Shown in pieces: positions 8,279 to 16,253 of a stretch of DNA of 22,238 nucleotides. The stretch spans positions 1 to 22,238 of the forward strand of contig JBIKLZ010000015.1 of NCBI GenBank assembly GCA_044359535.1. The letters are read 5' to 3'. Position numbers and translations under genes: made by a program. The notes beneath the pieces were generated by a model. The model saw nothing but the letters and a program-made list of their open reading frames with translations, searched no databases and had not been told where the DNA came from. The number at the start of each line of letters is the position of its first letter. The stretch's first letter is position 1. Source of the stretch: Chlamydiia bacterium (lineage in GTDB: Bacteria; Chlamydiota; Chlamydiia; Chlamydiales; 2-12-FULL-49-11).

Positions 8279-9155
8279 TCTATTTACACAAGGTGAGTGG
8301 ATTCAGCTACTGCTCCTTCTTTCGTATAGTATCTCTTTTTCTTTGTTGGGGACATTTTTATTTCTAAAAAAGAAAACAATGATAGCTAATGCCATCTCCC
8401 ATACTGTTTTGTTTGGCATAGCCCTTTTGTTTATCGGGATGAAGGTTTTTTCTGGTCAAACATATTTTACCCTTCTTTCGTTAAATATCGGCATTTATGT
8501 CCTTGTATCCATTATTACTGCCCTGATTACTATATTTTTAATAGAAATTTTAAAAAGAGTGATTCATTTAAATAGTGATGCAAGCACAGCTCTTGTCTTT
8601 TCTACACTTTTTTCATTAGGGGTGATTTTAATCACTATGTTTACACAATCCTCCCATGTGGGTGTAGACATTATTATGGGTAATATTGATTTGATTCATA
8701 TCGATGATTTGAAGATAGGGATGATGATCCTTGTCCTATCGACTCTTTTTATCTCTGTATTTTTCAAAGAATTGGTGGTGATCTCTTTTGATGAAACGTT
8801 TTCCCATTTTTCTTCAAAAAAGCCGATGATAGTCCAATGTGCTTTTTTGTGTTTAACAAGCCTTTCAATTACCTGTGGTTTTCGTTATATTGGAATAGCT
8901 CCCGTTCTTGGACTTATCAGCATCCCCCCAGTGACTGCTTCTTTATATGCAAGAAATGTAAAAGAGTTGATCTATTACTCTGTTGTGTCCAATATTTTGA
9001 TTTCTATCCTTTCAATAGCCCTGACAAAAATGATATATGAAAAATTAGGGGTGGGTCTATCCACTTCTGGAACCCTTGTCACCCTCCATTTTTTTCTCCT
9101 CCTTTTTTTACTTAGGAAAAAGGGAAGACAGATCCATATTGAGGCACAAGAATGA
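8265..9155 (+). CDS. ytgD: Metal ABC transporter permease
   Basis: LLGTFLFLKKKTMIANAISHTVLFG, FSLGVILI and SFDETF. Start reassigned to ATG 8265 with SD GGAGGA at 8254-59. Confidence 0.9.
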   Translation: MSLYNLFTQGEWIQLLLLLSYSISFSLLGTFLFLKKKTMIANAISHTVLFGIALLFIGMKVFSGQTYFTLLSLNIGIYVLVSIITALITIFLIEILKRVIHLNSDASTALVFSTLFSLGVILITMFTQSSHVGVDIIMGNIDLIHIDDLKIGMMILVLSTLFISVFFKELVVISFDETFSHFSSKKPMIVQCAFLCLTSLSITCGFRYIGIAPVLGLISIPPVTASLYARNVKELIYYSVVSNILISILSIALTKMIYEKLGVGLSTSGTLVTLHFFLLLFLLRKKGRQIHIEAQE

Positions 9156-10231
9156 AAAGGATTGCACTATTTGGTTCAACAGGGTGTGTGGGGAGAAAAA
9201 CTTTAGAGGTCATTGATTGTTTTAAAGATGCTTTTAAAGTGGTAGCATTATCGTGCTATTCAAACACCTCTCTTTTAGAAGAGCAAAAGAAAAAATACTC
9301 TCCTAAATTTATTTTTATCGGTTCTAAAAAAAATCCCCTTTCTTTGGAAGAGATAGCCAGTCACCCTGATGTGGACATCTGTGTTTTTGCAATGGAAGGA
9401 TCTGAAGGTATTTTAGCTGCCTTTGCAGCCGCTAGTGCCTGTAAAGAAATCGCCTTAGCTAATAAAGAGATTTTAGCTTGTGCAGGGGAGGCGTTTATGT
9501 CCTTATGTCGGGAAAAGGGGGTAAAAATTGCCCCCTTAGACAGTGAGCACAGTGCAATAGAGCAATGTCTTTTGGGGGAAAAAGGTGAAGATGTCCACAA
9601 ATATATTTTAACAGCATCTGGGGGGCCATTTTTTTCAACCCCTCCAACCTATGAAAAGGCTTTTACCCACCCTACCTATAGATGTGGAAAAAAAGTTGCT
9701 GTTAACTGCTCTACTTTAATGAATAAAGGGTTGGAAGTGATTGAAGCAAAACATCTTTTTAATATTGATAATGATCAAATTGATGTGGTGATTCATCCCC
9801 AAAGTCTTGTTCATAGTTTTGTCTCATTTAAAGATGGGGCTGTAAAAGCCTTTTTCGGTAAACCCGATATTCTTCAAGCGATTCAATATGCCCTTTTGGG
9901 GGGGGAAAGAAGAAAAGGGGTGATGGCTCCATTTGCTTTTGATCGATTTATGCAGTGCACCTTTTATCCCTATGACAAAAAAAAGTTTAGATGTTTACAG
10001 TTGTCTTTTGATGCTTTGAAAGAGGGGGGAGCATATCCAGCTTATTTAAACGCTGCAAATGAAGTATTAGTTGATCGTTTTTGCAAAGGTGGTGTAAGCT
10101 GGGAAGCTATAGGTGAAAGTTTAGAAGAATTAATGAATAAGGGTTCTATTTCTAAAGACAGTTCTTTAGAATCGGTATTAGAAACAGATAAGCAAGCACG
10201 TAGAGAGGCTGCAGCATTTTCAGCAAGGTAG
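9152..10231 (+). CDS. dxr: 1-deoxy-D-xylulose 5-phosphate reductoisomerase (divergent flap loop)
   Basis: GSTG, LANKE, DSEHSAI, LTASGGPF, MNKGLEVIEA, HPQSLVHS and NAANEV. Confidence 0.95.
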   Translation: MKRIALFGSTGCVGRKTLEVIDCFKDAFKVVALSCYSNTSLLEEQKKKYSPKFIFIGSKKNPLSLEEIASHPDVDICVFAMEGSEGILAAFAAASACKEIALANKEILACAGEAFMSLCREKGVKIAPLDSEHSAIEQCLLGEKGEDVHKYILTASGGPFFSTPPTYEKAFTHPTYRCGKKVAVNCSTLMNKGLEVIEAKHLFNIDNDQIDVVIHPQSLVHSFVSFKDGAVKAFFGKPDILQAIQYALLGGERRKGVMAPFAFDRFMQCTFYPYDKKKFRCLQLSFDALKEGGAYPAYLNAANEVLVDRFCKGGVSWEAIGESLEELMNKGSISKDSSLESVLETDKQARREAAAFSAR

Positions 10232-10235
10232 GGGT

Positions 10236-12092
10236 ATGAGTCTAATTAGTATTTTATTTTCAATTTTTGGATTAAGTTTTTTAATTTTTATCCATGAATT
10301 AGGACATTATATCATGGCCAAACGTGCAGGGATGACAATTGAAGTCTTTAGTATTGGAATGGGAAAACCTATTGTCTCTTGGGTAAAAAATGGGGTGAAA
10401 TGGCAAATATGTTATCTTCTTTTTGGGGGCTATGTAAAAATTGCTGGAATGGAGGGGGAGGATGGAAAAGAGCCTTATCAGATACAGGGGGGATTTTATA
10501 GTAAAAAGCCTTTGCAGAGATTGCTTGTTGCTGGTGCCGGCCCTTTTGTAAACATTGTATTTGCCCTTATACTTTTTACTGGAATCTATTTTGCAGGGGG
10601 GGAGAAAAAACCCTTTTCTCAGGTTACAGCAATTATTGGAAAAATGGATCCAACCTCAGAGCTGTATTCTAAAGGGATTAGGGAAGGGGATGTAATTCTT
10701 TCTATAGAAGGAACCCCTTATGAGAATTTTCGTGATGTGCTGATTCAAGGGATGTTTAAAGGTAAAAAAGAAGTTGAGGTAAAAATTCTTTCACAATCAA
10801 AAGGGGTTGTCGATAGTATTGTCCCTTTATATAGTCTAGAGGAACATCAAAGGGCTGAAATGTTTCCTAAAGAGTGGAAATCGATGGGGATTTTAGCCCC
10901 AGCCTCGTTTGTGATTGCCGATGGATTTGACCCTTTAGCAGAAAGTTTTGCCCCCTTAAAAGAGTCTTCCTTAAAAAAGGGGGATCAAGTGGTCTATGTT
11001 GATGGGAATATCATTTATTCGGTATCTCAATTAAGTGCGATCATCAATAGTGATATTGCCTTAGTCACAATCGTAAGGGATGGGAAAAAAATGCATATCC
11101 AAGTCCCTCGGATTGTTTTAGGCGATTTAAAATTAACTGATGAACAAAGGGATGAGTTTGTCGATTATAAAAGGGAGATCGATTTAGATGGAGCTTTTGC
11201 CTCTACCTATTTTATTCCCTTTTTAATCAGTGAAGGGCTCTTTATTAAAGAGCCATTGCTCTTTATTGATGATGAAGAAATCGGAAAGGTCCCTCACCTT
11301 GAAAGGGGAGATAGAATCATTGCTGTTTCAGGAATTGCAGTAAACAATCCCAAGGAATTTTATAAGGTTCTTGAAACAAGAAAATGTCTTGTGATGGTTA
11401 AAGAAGGACCAAGTGAGGACGTTTTATGGAAAGATGCCGATAAAGCCTTTTTTGAAGATGTGGATAAAAATGAAATTGCTTTAATGGAGGAACGTATTGG
11501 AGAAGATTTTTTGAAAAGCTCTTCTGGATATAGATTTTTAACACCGACAGAACCCATTTCTTATAAGAGTTTTTTAGAAAGAAAAAATCCTGAAGAACTA
11601 AAAAAGGTCCAAGAATCTTTTGATAAAAACGATTATGAAAAAAGATTAGCTCAAAAGACGCTGTTTTCTGGGGTCCTATTAAAAGATGAGCAGGTGATCT
11701 ATAATAAAGGGCCCTTTGCCCAAGCTAAGGATGTGATTAAAGATATTGCATTTAGCTTCAAAGGCCTTTTGACAGGGACAATAAGTCCAAAACATATGTC
11801 TGGACCTATAGGGATGATTAAAATTGTCCACGACGGATCAAAAAGTAGTATCATGACAGGTCTTTATTGGCTTGGAATGATATCCCTTAATCTTGGATGT
11901 ATGAATCTTCTCCCTATTCCTGTATTAGATGGGGGTCATATTTGTTTTACACTCTATGAAGTGGTGACTAAAAAAAGAATTCGAGCAAAGACGATGCAAA
12001 AAATGGTTATTCCATTTGTTGCCTTAATCATCTTCTTTTTTGTATATGTGACATTTTACGATGTCATAAAAGTTTTTAATATTTCAGTGTGA
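10236..12092 (+). CDS. rseP: RIP metalloprotease RseP (M50), long chlamydial form with PDZ-like region
   Basis: HELGH zinc motif, GGYVKIAG, AGPFVN, SGPIG and NLLPIPVLDGGH. Follows dxr, a widely conserved pair. Confidence 0.93.
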   Translation: MSLISILFSIFGLSFLIFIHELGHYIMAKRAGMTIEVFSIGMGKPIVSWVKNGVKWQICYLLFGGYVKIAGMEGEDGKEPYQIQGGFYSKKPLQRLLVAGAGPFVNIVFALILFTGIYFAGGEKKPFSQVTAIIGKMDPTSELYSKGIREGDVILSIEGTPYENFRDVLIQGMFKGKKEVEVKILSQSKGVVDSIVPLYSLEEHQRAEMFPKEWKSMGILAPASFVIADGFDPLAESFAPLKESSLKKGDQVVYVDGNIIYSVSQLSAIINSDIALVTIVRDGKKMHIQVPRIVLGDLKLTDEQRDEFVDYKREIDLDGAFASTYFIPFLISEGLFIKEPLLFIDDEEIGKVPHLERGDRIIAVSGIAVNNPKEFYKVLETRKCLVMVKEGPSEDVLWKDADKAFFEDVDKNEIALMEERIGEDFLKSSSGYRFLTPTEPISYKSFLERKNPEELKKVQESFDKNDYEKRLAQKTLFSGVLLKDEQVIYNKGPFAQAKDVIKDIAFSFKGLLTGTISPKHMSGPIGMIKIVHDGSKSSIMTGLYWLGMISLNLGCMNLLPIPVLDGGHICFTLYEVVTKKRIRAKTMQKMVIPFVALIIFFFVYVTFYDVIKVFNISV

Positions 12093-12121
12093 GATTTGTA
12101 TTGATAAAAAAAATAGAATGG

Positions 12122-13093
12122 TTAGAGTAAACCCCATCTTGTCGAAGGGCAAGTGGGAGTGCGACGTTCAGATAAAAGATATTTAATCCATGGTTTTATA
12201 CAGTCAACGTGGTACTCAATAGGATTACCAGCCGTTGGATAGGAAACAACCCGTTCTTTTAAACTAATACTCTCTTGACATATAGGACAAGCACTTGTCA
12301 CAGACAAAGAGAATCTAGATTTAACACAAAGCTCAAAAATTTTATAGGCTATTGAGTCGATTTCTTCTTCGGTTGAAGTGTCTGATGGAAGAAGGACCGC
12401 TTGAATTCTTCCATGTGCCATAAGAACAAAAATACCGGCATTTAAAAGCTCTTGTGCATCAGCTTCCTCTTGTCGATCTGCTTCAACATAATTCATATGA
12501 AATTGAAATACGTCGGCTCGTCTTTCGTCTTCAAAAAGCGCTTGTGCCGCGTCAAAATCTCCAATTCTTAGCACAAGTTGGCTTTCTAATCGTCTTAGAT
12601 TTTCTATAGTTGTATGGTGCCCTTCATTTTCTTCTCCTTTACTTTTGATAAACGCGAAGAAAAAGGAGCTAAGTACCATTATTACAATGGAAGAAGCTAT
12701 TGCAGAGGGGAGAGCTCCAAAGGTTGAAACCACGTTTTTAGATGTGAGAGCCCCTATAGCACCGAAGGTTCCTGAGAAAGCTGCTGCAGCCATAGTTATA
12801 TTTTTATCAAACTTTGGAGTAAAACATGTAGCAAGAGTTGGAAGAATAGCAGTCCATATTGATGCAGAAATTAAAGACACATTAACTCCAAGAAGCCCTC
12901 CAATACCGAAACAGTACGAAGAATAGGCAACAGTAAATAAATCTTTTGAACATAGCAAACGATCTGCTAGACCAAAAAGCGCACCTTGAGCAAGACCTAC
13001 AAGAAGAGCTGCAGGTGAATCAAGCGCTGCCCCTTGGGTGTCTGTAGGCTCATTGATTGGACAAGTTTCTAAAAGGGTTGTATTTAATTCCAT
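12122..13093 (-). CDS. Membrane protein with C-terminal degenerate RING/U-box domain (putative E3 ubiquitin ligase effector)
   Basis: Several Gly/Ala-rich hydrophobic helices (aa ~28-149), an acidic helical linker, and CPICQESI...YHVDCIKPWI...TCPSTR at the C-terminus. Confidence 0.7.
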   Translation of the reverse strand: MELNTTLLETCPINEPTDTQGAALDSPAALLVGLAQGALFGLADRLLCSKDLFTVAYSSYCFGIGGLLGVNVSLISASIWTAILPTLATCFTPKFDKNITMAAAAFSGTFGAIGALTSKNVVSTFGALPSAIASSIVIMVLSSFFFAFIKSKGEENEGHHTTIENLRRLESQLVLRIGDFDAAQALFEDERRADVFQFHMNYVEADRQEEADAQELLNAGIFVLMAHGRIQAVLLPSDTSTEEEIDSIAYKIFELCVKSRFSLSVTSACPICQESISLKERVVSYPTAGNPIEYHVDCIKPWIKYLLSERRTPTCPSTRWGLL

Positions 13094-13121
13094 TTTTATT
13101 TCTCTTTATTTATTATGAATT

Positions 13122-13150
13122 ATTATAAACTGAGTTCCATTTAAAATCAA
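13122..13150 (-). promoter_or_regulatory. Near-consensus sigma66/70 promoter of the RING-domain gene
   Basis: Minus strand TTGATT-17 nt-TATAAT with very AT-rich DNA upstream. Confidence 0.7.
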
Positions 13151-13226
13151 AATAAAATCAGTTAAATATATATAAATTTTTTAATAATCACCCTCCGTCA
13201 GTATAAAAAAGGGGGATATGGAAACC

Positions 13227-13706
13227 TTACAATAATAAAGAAAAATGAAATGAAACAAGTTGGTTAATGGTAGAGACTTCAAAGCGAAGGCGTTTATAAA
13301 TGAAATGGGTGTAAAGCTGTCCATATGGGAGAATTTTATACCTATCTGCAAATTCAGCAATGGATTTAAGTTTGCTATCATAGCCATAAATTCCCCCTAA
13401 TCTGTAACCAAGGGAAACAGCCACATCCTTAGTTAATTGTTTCTGAAAATAGTCTCTTGTAATCCCCACGGTTGCACATTGTTGATGATAGGAATTAATC
13501 ATTGAGGAAATAAAATAGCCTTGATATTCAATGCCATAGGCATGGTTGGTTTTATTGCAACTGCCTTCGTGATCTTTAAAATGATAGGTCCACATACCCA
13601 AATAGATCACAGACTTTGGGGGTTTGCCCCATAATTTTTTAAGAATTGAGTAGTTAGATCCCAAAAAAAAAGAGGGGATTAAAAGGAATACAACCCACTT
13701 CAACAT
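13227..13706 (-). CDS. PagP-like small outer-membrane beta-barrel, copy 2
   Basis: Signal-like N-terminus MLKWVVFLLIPSFFLG (ATG 13706, SD GGGGAG, 1 nt after the upstream stop). Motifs IYLGMWTYH, N-x2-N, INSY, GYRLGGIYGY and ILP. Confidence 0.6.
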   Translation of the reverse strand: MLKWVVFLLIPSFFLGSNYSILKKLWGKPPKSVIYLGMWTYHFKDHEGSCNKTNHAYGIEYQGYFISSMINSYHQQCATVGITRDYFQKQLTKDVAVSLGYRLGGIYGYDSKLKSIAEFADRYKILPYGQLYTHFIYKRLRFEVSTINQLVSFHFSLLL

Positions 13707-13707
13707 T

Positions 13708-14208
13708 CTAATACTCCCCGTAAACAAGGGTTAAGTAAACACTGAGCAAATTTCTAAAGTAGGAAAACTCTATCCGTACCCTTTTGTACTGTATTTGCGA
13801 GCATAATTGGTAAATAGGAAGAATAGGGGATAACTCTGCCCATTTGTTAAGTTCTGCTCCATATCCGTAAATGCCCCCTAATCTATATCCAAAGGTTATT
13901 TTTGTATCTTTATTAGGCTTAAATCCTATCCAGTCCCTTGTAATACCAAAAGTATATGAGCGATTATAATGAGAATTAATTAATGTTGTAATAAACATAC
14001 TTTTGTACTGAATCCCTAAACATTGATTATTCCAATTATCACTTCGATCTCTCCACCGCTTATCGATATGGTAGGTTGCCATTCCTAGATAAATACAATC
14101 AACGGGTGTTGAACCAAATAGGTCTGATATAAAGGTGTTTGGTGTAGAGGGGTTTTCTTCACCATGTACAAAAGTAAAAAAAAGTAATAGAAGCCATTTT
14201 TTTTTCAT
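13708..14208 (-). CDS. PagP-like small outer-membrane beta-barrel, copy 1
   Basis: Signal peptide MKKKWLLLLFFTFVHG. Motifs IYLGMATYH, NWNN, INSH, GYRLGGIYGY and PILP, with alternating beta-strand pattern and terminal Tyr. Confidence 0.6.
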   Translation of the reverse strand: MKKKWLLLLFFTFVHGEENPSTPNTFISDLFGSTPVDCIYLGMATYHIDKRWRDRSDNWNNQCLGIQYKSMFITTLINSHYNRSYTFGITRDWIGFKPNKDTKITFGYRLGGIYGYGAELNKWAELSPILPIYQLCSQIQYKRVRIEFSYFRNLLSVYLTLVYGEY

Positions 14209-14232
14209 GATAGTTTTTTCTCGTTGTGAAAA

Positions 14233-14260
14233 AGTATCAAAAAAAAGAGTTTATCGTCAA
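14233..14260 (-). promoter_or_regulatory. Putative promoter of the PagP-like pair
   Basis: Minus strand TTGACG-16 nt-GATACT, 24 nt upstream of ATG 14208. Confidence 0.45.
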
Positions 14261-14279
14261 CTGCTTGATTAAAAAAGGG

Positions 14280-14346
14280 AAAAAAATAGGAGAGGATCTA
14301 AAAGAAATGCATTTTTAAAAATTTTTCTTTATAAGATACTCTCCTA
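14280..14346 (-). terminator. Long imperfect inverted repeat / probable terminator downstream of purU
   Basis: Arms TAGGAGAGgATCT-AAAGAAA (from 14287) and TTTCTTT-AGATaCTCTCCTA (to 14346). A7 at 14280-86 gives a U-tract on the minus strand. Confidence 0.55.
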
Positions 14347-14367
14347 ACTAGAACTAAGCATAAAGAT

Positions 14368-15213
14368 TTATTTAAACGCTACTGTTTTATTTCCATCTAT
14401 AAACACTTTATCTTCAAGGACATGCTTTACTGCCCTTGCTAAGACAAGGGCTTCAATATCGGCTCCAAAGCGTATAAATTCTTCAATACTGTGGTGATGA
14501 TTAACTCTAATGGTTTCTTGGCAAATAATAGGCCCTTCATCAAGTTCTGAAGTGACAAAATGGGATGTGGCGCCAATGATTTTTACCCCCCGATCATGGG
14601 CTTGTTTATAAGGGTTTGCCCCTTTAAATCCAGGGAGAAAAGAGTGGTGGATATTGATGATTTTACCCTCATATTTTTTACAAAATGTGGGGGATAAAAT
14701 TTGCATGTACCTTGCTAAAACAATTAAATCAACGTGGTTTTGTTCTATAAGTTCTTCAATTAAAGCTTCTTGCTCCATTTTATTTTCCTTTGAAATGGGA
14801 AAATGATGGAAGGGAATGTGATGATAAGCTGCAATGGGCTCACAGTCTTTGTGATTAGAGACAATTGCCGGAATGTCTACAGAAATAGCCCCTTGTCGTT
14901 TTTTCTCAAGGAGGTGGATTAAGCAATGGGGTTGTTTTGAGCACAGAATCAGCATCTTTTTCTTCTGATTTTCAACCCTTAAAGAAATTTCCATATCAAA
15001 AAATTCTCTAATGGATTTAAAGGAGAACATAAGGGATGAAAGGTTTTTTTCATCCATGGAGAAAGTAAGACGTAAGAAAAAATGTTGAGTCCCTTTATCG
15101 CTATACTGGTCTAGATCTGTAATATTGCCTTCATTTTGAGCAATAGAAGCTGTTATTTGGCTGATAATGTGTGGTTTATCTCTGCAAGAGGCCTTTAAAA
15201 CATAATTTTCCAT
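14368..15213 (-). CDS. purU: Formyltetrahydrofolate deformylase
   Basis: N-terminal ACT domain (SCRDKPHII...GNITDLDQY...FFLR), [17 protein letters not shown] and [43 protein letters not shown]; 281 aa. Confidence 0.96.
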   Translation of the reverse strand: [281 protein letters not shown]

Positions 15214-15288
15214 AGAACCTTAAAATTTACGTTGAAGTCAAAAGGATAGATTAACATAGTCAAAGATAGTTGGGTAGTGGGGAAAAAA

Positions 15289-16251
15289 ATGGTTAAAAGG
15301 GTGAAAGTTACGGTGACAGGGGGGGCAGGGGGAATTTGCTACAGTCTTTTGTTTCGTTTAGCGTCAGGAGAAGTCTTTGGTTCAGACACTTACTTAGATC
15401 TTATCATTTTAGAGATCCCTCAAGGGATGAACATCTTAAAGGGTGTAGCCATGGAATTGCAAGACTGCGCTTTTCCTTTACTTTTGTCTATAACATTAAC
15501 AGAATCGGCAGATTGTGCTTTTGATGGGATTGATTATGCCTTTTTAGTAGGCAGTCGTCCTCGATCAAAAGGGATGGAAAGATCTGATCTTTTATTAGAA
15601 AATGGGAAAATTTTTGTTGAGCAAGGAAGGGCACTGAATAGATCCCCAGAAGCTAAAGTCCTTGTTGTCGGAAATCCTTGTAATACAAACGCGTTGATTT
15701 TAAAGCATGCAGCAAAAAATCTCCCCTCATCCCATATTTGTGCAATGACCCGTCTTGATAGGAATCGAGCGACAGCAATGATTGCAGAAAAGGCAAAGGT
15801 GGGAGTAAATCACGTTCAAGGGGTTGCTATTTTTGGAAATCACTCTTCTACCATGGTTATTGATTACCTTCACGCTACAATTAAAGGTAAACACGCTGTA
15901 GAGGTCATTGGGGATATAAAATGGTTTCAAGAGGTGCTCTTTCCTCAAGTCCAACAAAGGGGAGCTGCTGTACTAGAGGCTCGAGGGCACTCTTCAGCAG
16001 CAAGTGCAGCAAATGCAGCAATAGATGCACTAAAAGATTGGATTTTTCCATCTAAGGAGATCTCTTGCACAGCGATGTACTCCCAAGGAAATAGCTATGG
16101 GATTGATGGCGACCTTTTTTTCTCTTTTCCAACACAAGGGGGAAAGAGGGTTGAGGGTCTAAAGATGGATGATTTTTTATTAGAAAAAATCAAGCTTTCA
16201 GAAAAAGAGCTTATAGAAGAAAGAGACATTATAAAAACCTATTTGAGGTAA
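15289..16251 (+). CDS. mdh: Malate dehydrogenase (type 2, probably NAD-dependent)
   Basis: VTGGAGGI, LEIP, GVAMELQDCAFPLL, RPRSKGMERSDLL, VVGNPCNTNA, MTRLD and GNHSST. ATG 15289 preferred over GTG 15277. Confidence 0.96.
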   Translation: MVKRVKVTVTGGAGGICYSLLFRLASGEVFGSDTYLDLIILEIPQGMNILKGVAMELQDCAFPLLLSITLTESADCAFDGIDYAFLVGSRPRSKGMERSDLLLENGKIFVEQGRALNRSPEAKVLVVGNPCNTNALILKHAAKNLPSSHICAMTRLDRNRATAMIAEKAKVGVNHVQGVAIFGNHSSTMVIDYLHATIKGKHAVEVIGDIKWFQEVLFPQVQQRGAAVLEARGHSSAASAANAAIDALKDWIFPSKEISCTAMYSQGNSYGIDGDLFFSFPTQGGKRVEGLKMDDFLLEKIKLSEKELIEERDIIKTYLR

Positions 16252-16253
16252 AT

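Noticed and set aside
9898-9905. G8 run in dxr (and similar G/A/T runs elsewhere) as phase-variation sites
   Set aside because: Reading frames are intact, the genes are housekeeping, and homopolymers are common throughout this sequence.
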